The notes: generated by a model not told the origin, from the sequence alone. A stretch of 64,000 nt of DNA from an uncultured delta proteobacterium (GCA_963743305.1 CAVUPH010000027.1:16772-80771), one strand, 5' to 3'; shown: positions 1-9,913, counted from the first letter of the stretch. Program-made: numbers and translations.

Positions 1-1
1 G

Positions 2-505
2 AAAGAGATCTTTCGGCCGGAGTGCAATCCGAGTTTCCAATCCCTGCACTGCATCGCCTATCTGGACGAAGATATCGAGGCCGTTCTACCTTATTTGAAC
101 GCCAGGCTGGGGGGCGACGAGTTTTATCGGGAACCCCCGGCCGTAACCTTCCGGCTCCAGGGAAAATTGATTACCGTCCAGCCCCGGCAGATTGCCGTCA
201 ATGCCCTGCGGGACGCCGAAGAGGCCGATAAAATCCTGGAGTGGATGAAAAGGGAAATAAACGAGGCCTGGGAAAAGCGAGCAGAGTCGGTGCCCAGTTA
301 CGAAAGTGCCCCGAAACCGAAACTGTTGGAAATTCTTAAGTTGCTGCCCAAAACCAATTGTAAACGCTGTGGGGAGCCCACCTGCATGGTCTTTGCTGCC
401 CGGGTGGCCGAAGGGGTCAAAGGACCGGAAGATTGTCCGATATTGTCAGGGGAAATGCGAAATCGACTTGCTGACTATTTGTCCCCTTTTAATATTTTCG
501 AATAA
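2..505 (+). CDS. Fe-S cluster-binding protein with C-terminal putative Fe-S domain, 5' truncated by window edge
   Basis: Frame is open from position 2 (KEIFRPECNPSFQSLHCIAYLDEDIEAVLPYLNA...). C-terminal LPKTNCKRCGEPTCMVFA...CP motif is typical of the putative Fe-S cluster domain. Confidence 0.8.
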   Translation, partial: KEIFRPECNPSFQSLHCIAYLDEDIEAVLPYLNARLGGDEFYREPPAVTFRLQGKLITVQPRQIAVNALRDAEEADKILEWMKREINEAWEKRAESVPSYESAPKPKLLEILKLLPKTNCKRCGEPTCMVFAARVAEGVKGPEDCPILSGEMRNRLADYLSPFNIFE

Positions 506-540
506 TACGCTTCGCATCTCACTGCACGGGGTAACCTTGC

Positions 541-657
541 ATGCATCTGAACCCGATTGTTAAATCGCTGACCCTGTTCATCCTGGCCGGCCTTTGTGAA
601 ATAGGCGGAGGCTATCTTGTCTGGTTATGGCTGAGAAATGGAAATGGTAATGTCTAG
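541..657 (+). pseudogene. ynfA: N-terminal remnant of YnfA/UPF0060 small membrane protein
   Basis: Manual translation [38 protein letters not shown] matches the YnfA N-terminal signature ([21 protein letters not shown]). It stops after 38 aa, far short of the usual ~110 aa. Confidence 0.75.
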
Positions 658-1849
658 AAAAAATTTTCTTTTTTATTTGCTATTATCAACCGCTTTAATC
701 ACTCTCTTTGCACCCCTCTATCTTTTCGGGGAAGGGAAGAAGGAGGAAATCGGGTCTTTAAAGGATTTGATCGCTCACTATGATTCCGGACGATGCAAGG
801 AGTGCCATGCGGAGATTTACGCCCAGTGGGAAAAATCCCATCATGCCCGGCCCTTGATGGGCATGGACGACTGGATCTTCATGTCCAAATACCTCAAAGA
901 GGGAGTTCTGGCAGTCAAGTCGCCCGAGCAGGCCACCAAGGCCAACTTCCCTTGCGCCAAGTGCCATCTGCCCCAACTTTTCAAAGCAACCGATGCCGTA
1001 GCCGCGGAACTGGCCGCCGCCGTCTTCCGGGACGACAAAAAAACCATCCGCCGGTTGAATATCGGCTGCCTGGTCTGCCACCAGGATAAGGCCGTGGTTC
1101 ATGGCCGGCCGAAGTTATCGGTCCTCTACGGCAATCGGGAGATCAAGGACCATGAGGGCCTCCCGGTAAAGAAAAGCCCCCTGCTGAAATATCCCCTCTT
1201 CTGCGGCCAGTGCCATGGCCTCGGCCCCAACCTCGAATTCGAAAATCCGGTCCAGTGCGCCACGTTGTACGGCAGCTATCTCCATGCCTACCTCCCCAAC
1301 GGAGGGGCTCAGACCTGCCAGGACTGCCACATGCCGGGCAAGGACCATACCTGCCTGCCGAACTTCAACGACCGGGCCGGCACCTCCGCCCGTCTCCGCC
1401 AGGCCTTACCCCTGGAGGTGGAAACCCTGGGCTATGTTTTCCAGATAGAAGAAGGAAAGCATCTACCCCTGGTCGTGGTTAAAACCCGGATAACCAATAA
1501 GGCCGGCCACCGGATCCCGGACGGCTGACCCACCCGCACCCGGGTGGTCCTGGAAGTGACCGCTACCGCTCCCAACGGGCAAAAATTCTTTGAAGGAACA
1601 AAATTTTATATGCCTCAGGCCGGCGACGGCCGGGGCCCGATCATGGTCCTGGGACCGGACAAAAAACTAGGCCTGTTGCGCGATACCAGCCTTCAGCCTT
1701 TCCGGCCGAAGGAGGAAACCTTTGAACTCCCGGTTCCCAAAGGAATCAATGAGGTTACCGTGACGGTTCAGTTGACCTACCAGCCCCGCCCGGGGAATAG
1801 TTATTCCCTCCAAACCATCAGCCGTCGGGTACGAATGGATACCCCCTAA
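650..1849 (+). CDS. extKL: Multiheme c-type cytochrome selenoprotein (ExtKL/MHSEP-like), Sec at TGA 1526-1528
   Basis: Signal peptide and five CxxCH motifs (CKECH, CAKCH, CLVCH, CGQCH, CQDCH). ORFs 638-1528 and 1544-1849 are in the same frame, joined as [23 protein letters not shown] hairpin follows the TGA. Confidence 0.85.
1541..1568 (+). promoter_or_regulatory. Bacterial SECIS-like hairpin
   Basis: GTGGTC (1544-1549) pairs with GACCGC (1558-1563) around a G-containing apical segment CTGGAAGT. The stem starts 16 nt after the in-frame TGA and can be extended by CGG/CCG. Confidence 0.7.
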
Positions 1850-1882
1850 AGACTATCTTTTCCGTTCCCAGCATTCGTTTAA

Positions 1883-3031
1883 TTAATTTAGAAATTTATC
1901 CAGCCCCATATGGCCGTGCATTTTCAGAAATTCTTTCCGGCCCATGGTAAAAAGAAGGGCGCCATAAGAAAAGCCCTCGAAAGGGAGGGCGTACCGTTCC
2001 AATCCCGGTTCGGTGCAATTTAGACACTCCGGATAACCGCCTATCCTTTGGCGAAATCGAGCCGCTGGGGTGGAATTCCAGAGAGCAACAAGATCGTCTG
2101 TTTCTATATTGCCTACCCGGCTCCCGGTTATTAAAGGACACAAAAAGACATCCCCATTATATCGAATAAATAGATAATTGAAACCACAAGTGCAGGGTTT
2201 GTCCATAACCCCCTGCTGAGCCCATTCGAGGAGCTTCCGGTTATGATAAGCCCAGCGAAAGCGCCGGCCCTGAAAAAATTCAATCATTTGTTCCCTGGCC
2301 TCGGGGCTAAAAACCAATTCCGCGGCGCGATCGGGGTTTAAGTACCGCCCCGGGGTGACGATACAGGGAGAGATAATGGTAAAAAACCCCTCCGTTTCCG
2401 CCAATTCGACGATCTTCCCCAACTCCCCGACGTTTAAGGGGACTATCGTCGTTTTGAGTCCGATAATCAGGTTAGGGAATTCTTCTCTGATTTTCTTTAG
2501 CCCCTCGAGGGTGGCCCGAACCCTCAACCAGGCGTCCGGATAATTCCTTATTCGGTCGTGAAGGGGGCCGATCCCGTCCAGAGCGCAGACCATGACCAGG
2601 TCGAGTCCGACCTCCCTGAGTTCGGAAAGGATACCCGGAGTCAGGCCCAGGACCCGATCGGTCAATAACCCATTGGTGGTGACGGCCAGGGATTGAAGAG
2701 CCCTTAAGTTTTTCGCCTTCAACCTGCTGACGTTCGAAATAAGATCGGGAAGGTCCTTTCTCAAGAATGGCTCCCCCCCGGTCAGGTCCAGTTCTCGTAA
2801 ATCCGAAAACAATTCCATTGAAAGCAAGGTGACCCATTTCTCCAAGGGTAGATCCGGCACCTCCCTGGGAATTTTCCAGATATTGCACATCAGGCATTTG
2901 GCCACACAGTGATGCGTGATTTCCAAGCTTAGGGCCTGCGGTTTCCCGGGCCTGCCGGTCCATTTTAAGTAGCGATACCTTAGGCCCTGGCCCAGAAGTT
3001 GGCAGGAAAGTTTGAAGAGCGATGGGGTCAT
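1883..3031 (-). CDS. Radical SAM protein with SPASM/twitch domain
   Basis: CVAKCLMC (CxxxCxxC), TGGEP, and C-terminal CTCG...GDVFLCP...GNI...CLNC. Start overlaps the mftF stop (ATGA). Confidence 0.85.
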   Translation of the reverse strand: MTPSLFKLSCQLLGQGLRYRYLKWTGRPGKPQALSLEITHHCVAKCLMCNIWKIPREVPDLPLEKWVTLLSMELFSDLRELDLTGGEPFLRKDLPDLISNVSRLKAKNLRALQSLAVTTNGLLTDRVLGLTPGILSELREVGLDLVMVCALDGIGPLHDRIRNYPDAWLRVRATLEGLKKIREEFPNLIIGLKTTIVPLNVGELGKIVELAETEGFFTIISPCIVTPGRYLNPDRAAELVFSPEAREQMIEFFQGRRFRWAYHNRKLLEWAQQGVMDKPCTCGFNYLFIRYNGDVFLCPLITGSRVGNIETDDLVALWNSTPAARFRQRIGGYPECLNCTEPGLERYALPFEGFSYGALLFTMGRKEFLKMHGHMGLDKFLN

Positions 3032-4518
3032 CCTCTTTCTCTAAAGAGGGGGTCGGTTGCCAATCGGGGATTCACCGGTCGGAAACACCGATTTTTCAGG
3101 CACCCCCACCAAACACCCAACTGATAAGAAAGCTGATCCAGCGTGAAATACCAAAAAAAGGAAAAGAAATTCAGCCGTGGTTTCTTGATAAAATATTCCA
3201 CCCCAGCGGTCAAAAGGTGCAGGCCCAACAGGATCAGGGAAATCGCGGGCAGAAAAAAACCGAAAGGTAGCGCCAGCACGAGATAATACCGGGAGAAGAA
3301 AGCCGCCCAATGGTATAAGAGGGCAAGATAACCTCGGAGAGCGGCGGCCACGATAGTAAAAAAAGTCAGAGTAAGCTTTTGGCGGGCCAATTTAAAAAAC
3401 CGGATTCCGGAATCCAGCAATAAAACCAGGCCGCTGACGACCAATAGGGGTGGGTAAAGAAACCGGAGGGCCAAGAAAAGAAAAATCCAGAAGAAAAATC
3501 CGGCGGGGGGAAGAATCAATTGCTTGATACGGTGGCTATGCCGGCGCTGCAGCCAAGGTTCGGAGGTGCCGTACTCAAAGCGCCTGCGGCAAAAAGGGCT
3601 GAGTCTATTCCGATGACGGTGATATATCTTTCCCCGGGGCCGATACTCCATCTGGAACCCCTCATCCTGCAGCCTCCAGCACAAATCTACATCTTCACCC
3701 ACTTGCAGATCCTCCCGAAATCCCCTTAAGCTCAAAAAAACGTCCCGTTTGACCAGGAGGTTGCAGGAGGGCAGGTAAAAAAACCGATCCGCCTCTTGCG
3801 AACGTCTAAACCAGGCCCCGATAGATAATGAGGACTTGACCTCCTCATATCGGTCCAGTCCTTTTTCACCGGAAGAGGCCGCCACCATCCCGCCTATGGC
3901 CCCTAGGGCCGGATCTTTAAAGGCCGGGACCAAGTCCTTCAACCAGAGCGGATGGGCCTGACAATCGGAATCGATAAAGGCCAGGATTTCTCCTTTGGCC
4001 TTCCGGGCAGCCAGATTTCTGCAAAAAGAGGCTTGCTTAGGCTCTGTTAGTCGCCAGAGCGCGACGGGAAAGGTGGAAATCACCTCCGGGGTCGAATCAC
4101 TGGAGGAATCATCCACCACCAGAATTTCCATTTTCCCCGGAGGATAGTCCAGGTGAGCGAGCGAAGCAAGACAGTCCGCTATCTCTTCCGATCTATTTCT
4201 GACCGGGACGATGACGGAGACCAGGGGATAATCCGGGAGTAATAAAGTACCCTCCGGTTCCAGGAACCCTCTCCGCACCAAGTCGTCCAGGAAAAATATG
4301 AGTTTATCCGGATTGATCGAAGGAACCCGGGAACTTATATCTTCGGCGGAAACGAATTGGTCTCCGGATAAAGAATCCAGCACCGGGATCCAAAAAGGGT
4401 CCAGCCGCAGGACCTTCAAGGGGAAGGCCAGAACCAAAACGGGGATCCGGTTTCTCTGCGTATGGACCACCGATTCCCGCAGGCGATAGGCCAGGGGTTT
4501 TGTTATTGGGCCGACCAT
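3028..4518 (-). CDS. mftF: Mycofactocin biosynthesis glycosyltransferase MftF (GT2)
   Basis: GT2 motifs VSVIVPVRN, VVDDSS, FIDSD and GEDVDLCWRL. Also RRRFEYGTSE, an N-terminal extension and mft context. Confidence 0.9.
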   Translation of the reverse strand: MVGPITKPLAYRLRESVVHTQRNRIPVLVLAFPLKVLRLDPFWIPVLDSLSGDQFVSAEDISSRVPSINPDKLIFFLDDLVRRGFLEPEGTLLLPDYPLVSVIVPVRNRSEEIADCLASLAHLDYPPGKMEILVVDDSSSDSTPEVISTFPVALWRLTEPKQASFCRNLAARKAKGEILAFIDSDCQAHPLWLKDLVPAFKDPALGAIGGMVAASSGEKGLDRYEEVKSSLSIGAWFRRSQEADRFFYLPSCNLLVKRDVFLSLRGFREDLQVGEDVDLCWRLQDEGFQMEYRPRGKIYHRHRNRLSPFCRRRFEYGTSEPWLQRRHSHRIKQLILPPAGFFFWIFLFLALRFLYPPLLVVSGLVLLLDSGIRFFKLARQKLTLTFFTIVAAALRGYLALLYHWAAFFSRYYLVLALPFGFFLPAISLILLGLHLLTAGVEYFIKKPRLNFFSFFWYFTLDQLSYQLGVWWGCLKNRCFRPVNPRLATDPLFRERG

Positions 4519-5321
4519 CCGGCATCCACGGGTATGACCGCCCCGGTGGTGAATTGGCTTTTATCTGAAACCAGCCAGGCTACCGTTCGGGCAATATCCC
4601 TGGGGGTGATCGGACGGTCTTGAAAAAGATGCCGTCGAGCAAAATGAGGATACGGTTCGTCCGCCAACTGAATTTGGGAGGCCAGCCCCGAGAGCATCGG
4701 GGATTCAGTGGTTCCAGGACAAACCGCGTTTACATTAATATTATGATCGGCCACCTCCAGGGCCAGCGCTTTGGTCAGACCGATGATCCCATGCTTGGCC
4801 GCGCAGTAATGGACGCTGAGGCCCAATCCGCGCTGCCCGGCTACGGAGGAAATATTGACGATCTTACCGTAGTGCTGTTCGACCATCGCCGGCAGGGCGT
4901 ATTTGCAACAGAGATACGTCCCTTTCAGGCAGACATCCACCACTTCATCCCAGGCCTTTTCGGTCAGGCGGGTGATCGGATGAAGGGAGACCACGCCGGC
5001 ATTGTTGATCAGGATATCCAGGCGGCCGAATTGATCGCGCACCTGGCCAAAGGCGGCTTTGACCTGCCTATCCTGGCGGATGTCGCACGTCAAACCCAGG
5101 GTCTCGACCCCCATTTTGGCAATTTCCTGAACCGCTCCTTCCAAATCCGACGGCCCAGCCAGGGCGTAGGGGATAGTCTTTAAGTCTCGACAGATATCGA
5201 CCAGGGCGATGGAAGCACCCTGGGCTGCCAGTTCTTTGGCTATGGCCAGGCCGATATTCCGGGCCCCACCGGTGACCAGGGCACATTTACCGGAAAATTC
5301 TTTTCGTCCTTTGCGGGCCAC
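4503..5321 (-). CDS. Mycofactocin-coupled SDR oxidoreductase
   Basis: TGGARNIG, NNAG and HYCAAKHG motifs. Carries the DICRDLKTIPYALAGPSDL insertion characteristic of mycofactocin-associated SDRs. Confidence 0.85.
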   Translation of the reverse strand: MARKGRKEFSGKCALVTGGARNIGLAIAKELAAQGASIALVDICRDLKTIPYALAGPSDLEGAVQEIAKMGVETLGLTCDIRQDRQVKAAFGQVRDQFGRLDILINNAGVVSLHPITRLTEKAWDEVVDVCLKGTYLCCKYALPAMVEQHYGKIVNISSVAGQRGLGLSVHYCAAKHGIIGLTKALALEVADHNINVNAVCPGTTESPMLSGLASQIQLADEPYPHFARRHLFQDRPITPRDIARTVAWLVSDKSQFTTGAVIPVDAGWSAQ

Positions 5322-5326
5322 GACGT

Positions 5327-6199
5327 TTATTCACCCCCGGATTTCTGCCGAGACCCCAGGAAACCATGGTTCTCTAAAAAGGAGAGGATCCCTTCCACCT
5401 GCGATTCAGGGCTTCCAGTCAGCACGAGCCCGTTTTTTTGGATGCTGGTGCCGGAAAGAAGCTGGTCGATCCTTTCATAAGCCGGCCGAGAGCAATCCGG
5501 TGCCGGGATTCTTTTGGGTCGCGGACGTGGAGGAAACACTTCGGCCATCACTGTTTGGGGTTTCGGGCTGGGATCATTATACGTTATTTGGTGAAAAGGG
5601 ATAGACCAGGCCTGCTTTTTGTTTGGATAGGTGGGCAGCGGGAGGGCTTGGCCACCCAGATCAACACTGAAGACCGCCGGTAGCGGGCAAAGGACAGTTT
5701 CCCGCACTCCCCGTCCCCCACTCCTTTGAACAGTCCCTGAATGGTGGTCTGAAGAAAACGTCAGTTGGGTAATGGCCGAGACAAAAGGCCTCTTCAGGTG
5801 ATAGGCCAGGTAGGCCCCCATGAGACCGTTTTGTTTGTCCAAAGACTCTTTTCCGCAGAGGACAACCCGGGCACCCAGATCCTTTATCGCCCGAGCTAAA
5901 TAGATGGATTTGGCCCAGGGATCCGCTTCACCTTCTCCAGCCAGAAGATAAAGCCGGTCGGCCCCCAAGGCCAGACAGCGTCGCAGTTCGGCTTCGGCGA
6001 TGAGGGGCCCCAAAGTCAATAAGGCGACCTCTCCTTCACCCAAAGAAGCCCTGGCCGATAAGGCTAATTCCAAGGCCGCCTCGTCGTAGGGATTGATTCG
6101 ATAAAGGGTATCTTCCGGTGCCAAAAAATGCTGTTCCGGATCGAGACCGCTTCGGCAGTAGGTGTGGGCTATTTGTTTGATACAAACGACGATCTTCAT
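5327..6199 (-). CDS. etfB: Electron transfer flavoprotein subunit beta
   Basis: MKIVVCIKQ, INPYDEAALE, LALGAD and CGKESLD motifs. Confidence 0.9.
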   Translation of the reverse strand: MKIVVCIKQIAHTYCRSGLDPEQHFLAPEDTLYRINPYDEAALELALSARASLGEGEVALLTLGPLIAEAELRRCLALGADRLYLLAGEGEADPWAKSIYLARAIKDLGARVVLCGKESLDKQNGLMGAYLAYHLKRPFVSAITQLTFSSDHHSGTVQRSGGRGVRETVLCPLPAVFSVDLGGQALPLPTYPNKKQAWSIPFHQITYNDPSPKPQTVMAEVFPPRPRPKRIPAPDCSRPAYERIDQLLSGTSIQKNGLVLTGSPESQVEGILSFLENHGFLGSRQKSGGE

Positions 6200-6202
6200 G
6201 GC

Positions 6203-8104
6203 CTAGTTCCTTTCCAGGGAAGCGGCCACGATTTCGATGACATCCCGGACCTGTGGGGGGGGGTTCTTTTCCTGAGAGAGAACCCCGTCTTCGAGCATGA
6301 CCAAACAATACGGACAAGCGGTCCCGACCAGTTCCACCCCGGATACCATGATCTCTTCGGCCCGAAGTTGATTAATGGGACGACCCCTGGTTTCATGAAG
6401 CCACATGTGCCCGCCTCCGCCTCCACAGCAAAAACCGTTTTCCCGGTTCCGGGGTAATTCCTGAACTTCAATATCCGGGACGGCCGAAAGGATTTCCCGA
6501 GGCGATTGATACTGTTGATTCGCCCGACCCAGATAGCAGGGATCATGAAAAACGGCCTTTTTCCTTAAAGGGTATTTTAATTTGATTCGCTGTCGGTCAA
6601 TCAGCTCTTTGACCAGTTCGCTGGCATGAAAAACCTGGAACTTTCCTCCTAAGGGGGGATACTCGTTTTTCAGCGTATTCAGGCAATGAGGGCAGAGGGT
6701 CACGATTTTTTTAACCGGGTAGTGATTCAAGCGCTGGATATTCTTTCTGGCCAGCTCTGCAAACAAGGCTTCCTCACCCAGCCTCCGGGCCGGATCCCCG
6801 CAACAAAACTCCTCTTTTTCTAAGAAACCGAACCGGACCTGCCCGACCTTCATAATCTCCACCAACGCCCTGGCCACCTTCTGGTAGCGCGGATGAAAGG
6901 ACCCGTAACAGCCCACCCAGAAAAGCACTTCAGGACTTAAGCCCCTGGCGGACATAGGGCTTAGACCCAGGTTGAAAGCCCATTCGGAACGGTAGGCCCT
7001 GCCTTTACCCTGAACATCCCCGAATAGTTCCAGATTGCGGATAGCCGGTCTGGCCTCCGGGGGGACCAGGCCTCTTCCCAGAACCTGATATCTTCTCAAA
7101 TCCATGATTTGCCGCAAGGGTTGGATGAAGATCGGGCACTGTTCGATACAGGCCAGGCAGGTGGTGCAGGACCAAATTTCTTCCTCACTGATGTCCTGGG
7201 CGAGCAGGGGTGGGCCGGATTGATCTTCCGCTCTTTTTCGGTGAACGGCTTGCTCCATCTGGCCCAGGATCTTCTGAATCACTTTTTGAGGAGAGAGGGG
7301 TTTTCCGGAAAGAAAGGCCGGGCAGTTCTGCTGACAACGGTTGCAGGCCACACAGGCCTCGGCATCCATCAACTGCTTCCAGGAAAAATCGTGGACCGTT
7401 TGAGCTCCCAGGTCCCCTTTTTCCAAGGAGAGTGGATAAAGTTGGCCTGGCCCTTGCCGGCTGTGAAAATAAACATTGAGAGGCGCCGCTGCTAAATGAC
7501 GCAAGGAAGTGAAAGGTATCAGGGCGATCAAGATCAGGACCGTCAGCAAATGGAAACGAATGACTACTTGCAAAAACCAGGGAGAGTCCGGCATTCCCAG
7601 AGATACCAGCCAACCCAAAGGAGAGGCCCAGAGGTCACCGCCGGGGACTATACGTAACCGCGTCCCTTCGGCCAGGAAGCCGGTGATGGCGATAATCAAC
7701 AGGAGCAGCAGCGGCAGGGCCGTCTGGAAGGATAGGGAATAATCCGGCTGATTCAAACGGCGAAAAAGGAACCAGAAGGTCCCGACCAGCAGGGCTATTC
7801 CCAAAAGGTCCAAAAAGAAAGAGAGTAGTTGAGCCACCGGCCCGGGAATTGAAAAATCAAATTGAGCCAGGAGAATGATTCCCAGCGGGATAACCACCCC
7901 CCAGAATAAAACCAGGTGGGCCGTCCCGGAACCTTTTTTTCTGACTATTCGCTTCTGGCCGACGAGGTAACCGATCAGACCTTTCCAATCCCCCGGACGA
8001 GTTTCAGCCCCCCCCTGCCTCCACAGGGATCTCCGCCGGATGAAGCCGAAAGCGCCAAGCAATAAGGCCAGGGTTACCAGGAAAAAATCAAAAACCGTCA
8101 GCAT
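6203..8104 (-). CDS. Membrane-bound Fe-S oxidoreductase (NarI-like cytochrome b + 2x[4Fe-4S] + 2 CCG domains; ETF:quinone oxidoreductase EMO/HdrF-like)
   Basis: N-terminal TM helices with His residues, CVACNRCQQNCP, CTTCLACIEQCP, FCCGDPARRLG, FCCGGGGG and TACPYC. Start reassigned to ATG 8104, just after the cytochrome stop. Confidence 0.88.
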   Translation of the reverse strand: MLTVFDFFLVTLALLLGAFGFIRRRSLWRQGGAETRPGDWKGLIGYLVGQKRIVRKKGSGTAHLVLFWGVVIPLGIILLAQFDFSIPGPVAQLLSFFLDLLGIALLVGTFWFLFRRLNQPDYSLSFQTALPLLLLLIIAITGFLAEGTRLRIVPGGDLWASPLGWLVSLGMPDSPWFLQVVIRFHLLTVLILIALIPFTSLRHLAAAPLNVYFHSRQGPGQLYPLSLEKGDLGAQTVHDFSWKQLMDAEACVACNRCQQNCPAFLSGKPLSPQKVIQKILGQMEQAVHRKRAEDQSGPPLLAQDISEEEIWSCTTCLACIEQCPIFIQPLRQIMDLRRYQVLGRGLVPPEARPAIRNLELFGDVQGKGRAYRSEWAFNLGLSPMSARGLSPEVLFWVGCYGSFHPRYQKVARALVEIMKVGQVRFGFLEKEEFCCGDPARRLGEEALFAELARKNIQRLNHYPVKKIVTLCPHCLNTLKNEYPPLGGKFQVFHASELVKELIDRQRIKLKYPLRKKAVFHDPCYLGRANQQYQSPREILSAVPDIEVQELPRNRENGFCCGGGGGHMWLHETRGRPINQLRAEEIMVSGVELVGTACPYCLVMLEDGVLSQEKNPPPQVRDVIEIVAASLERN

Positions 8105-8106
8105 GG

Positions 8107-8877
8107 TTACTTTTTCCTTCGCCCCCTTTTGAATCGGGCCGATAGAATACCGATTCCCCCCAATCCCAACAGCAGTAGCCAGGCCTGATCCAAGACCAGG
8201 GAGACAAAAACCGCCGGATGGGTTTTCGGATCCGCTTGGGGATGAATATATCCCAGGAATGAGGCTTTCCCCCCGAGGTCGCCATGACACTTTGAACAGC
8301 TTTGGCTGTTTAGCGGTTGCTCCTCTCCGTGGGCGGCTTGCCCTTGATGACAACCCAGACAATTACTCCTGCGGTAATGTTGGCTGAAATCCTGCTTGGC
8401 ATGAGAGGCCACTTGCAGCGAAGGAAAATAAGTCCAATAATTGTTCGCGCCGCACTCCCGGGGATGGCAGCCGCGGCAGGTCTTTTTTAGATTTTCAGGG
8501 TTGACGGTGGAGGCGGGGTTATCTTTTTTCAATATGTCATGCCGGGTATGGCACGTCTGGCAGGCGGGTAATGGCGATCCTTTTTTTGAAGAACGCCGTC
8601 CGTGCCTGTTTACTTGTTCGTGACACCCGCGACAATTGACCCGGCCTGAACCTATTTGGTGTTGATGGTTCTGATCTTTAATCCCGACGTGACATTCCTG
8701 GCAGGAAATGTTTTGCCCATGAACCGATTTGAAAAATGCACTGCCGGAAAGTTGCTGGCGGGTTTTGGGGTTTCCTGTTTCATGGCAGCCCAGGCATTCT
8801 TCCGTGGTGTAGGCCAGAGTAGACTGAGGGAAAAACAGAAAGATCGCCCCAAGCAATAAAAAGGGAAAAGCGGACAT
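8107..8877 (-). CDS. Membrane-anchored 7-heme cytochrome c
   Basis: Signal peptide, seven CxxCH motifs (CLGCH, CQECH, CRGCH, CQTCH, CRGCH, CLGCH, CSKCH), and a C-terminal TM helix followed by basic residues. Confidence 0.88.
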   Translation of the reverse strand: MSAFPFLLLGAIFLFFPQSTLAYTTEECLGCHETGNPKTRQQLSGSAFFKSVHGQNISCQECHVGIKDQNHQHQIGSGRVNCRGCHEQVNRHGRRSSKKGSPLPACQTCHTRHDILKKDNPASTVNPENLKKTCRGCHPRECGANNYWTYFPSLQVASHAKQDFSQHYRRSNCLGCHQGQAAHGEEQPLNSQSCSKCHGDLGGKASFLGYIHPQADPKTHPAVFVSLVLDQAWLLLLGLGGIGILSARFKRGRRKK

Positions 8878-8881
8878 ACCT

Positions 8882-9913
8882 TTATTTCGGTTCCTTCATT
8901 TTGTGCAGCTTCTCAATCAAAATAGGCAATAATTTATGAACATCCCCCACCACCCCCAAGTCGGCCAATCGAAAAATGCGGGCCTGGGGATCGGTGTTGA
9001 TCGCCAAAACCAATTTGGACTTTTCCATGCCCACGGTGAATTCGTTAGCCCCGGAAATGCCGCAGGCCACCAGTAACCGGGGGGAAACCGTCTTCCCGGT
9101 CTGGCCGATTTGCCGTTCAAATGTCAGGGTCTTTGAATCTATGACGGGGCGCGTGCCGCCCACCGTCCCCCCCAGGACCCCGGCCAGTTCATGGACGACG
9201 GAAAAAGAACCTTCCCGACCGACTCCCCGTCCTCCACAGACGATGAGATCCGCCTCCTCCAGGTCCAGGACTTCAGGAGGGGCTTCGAATCGTTCCAACA
9301 GCCGGGTGCCCTGCCTTTCCGACTGGTCCTGGAGAAAAATTTCCGTGATTTCCGGGTTGGCAGGAACGGGGATTTTTTCCGAGGTTAGCACCGAGGGCAG
9401 AAAGGTCAGGATATGGGGTGTCTGATCGGCAAAATAGACTCTTTCAAAAAGATGCCCGTTCGCCACCGCTCGAACGGCCCAAGCCTTTCCCCGGCCATCC
9501 ACCTGGGCATCCAGGGCCCGGGTGATTAAACCGGTTTCCAGAAGAGCGGCCAACCGGGGGGCCCAATCGCCCGTCTCCGCGGTTTGGGCCAGCAGGAAAA
9601 AAGAGGGTTGCCGCGTTCTGATCAAATCAGCCAATAACCAAGCGGTCCTTTCTCCTGGAACCTCAGGGCGATGATCCTCCCGACACCAAAGCACCCGCTG
9701 CACCCCGAAATGCCCTAACCCTTTCAGCTCCTCCTCGGCAACCGGGCCCAAGACTACGGCGGTCACCGTTGCTGTTTCTCCCCGGGAAGGAAGGAGCCGC
9801 CGGGCTTCACCGGCCAATCCCTTGGTTAGTTCTTCAACAGCGCCGGCCCTGGTATGTACCCAAATCCAGATATCCTCTGATTTGGAACGGATTTTCCCGA
9901 ACTCCAAACTCAT
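8882..9913 (-). CDS. etfA: Electron transfer flavoprotein subunit alpha
   Basis: GGRGVG, GGTRP, RQIGQTGKTVSP, CGISGA and AINTDP motifs. Start MSLEFG overlaps the upstream OYE stop. Confidence 0.9.
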   Translation of the reverse strand: MSLEFGKIRSKSEDIWIWVHTRAGAVEELTKGLAGEARRLLPSRGETATVTAVVLGPVAEEELKGLGHFGVQRVLWCREDHRPEVPGERTAWLLADLIRTRQPSFFLLAQTAETGDWAPRLAALLETGLITRALDAQVDGRGKAWAVRAVANGHLFERVYFADQTPHILTFLPSVLTSEKIPVPANPEITEIFLQDQSERQGTRLLERFEAPPEVLDLEEADLIVCGGRGVGREGSFSVVHELAGVLGGTVGGTRPVIDSKTLTFERQIGQTGKTVSPRLLVACGISGANEFTVGMEKSKLVLAINTDPQARIFRLADLGVVGDVHKLLPILIEKLHKMKEPK

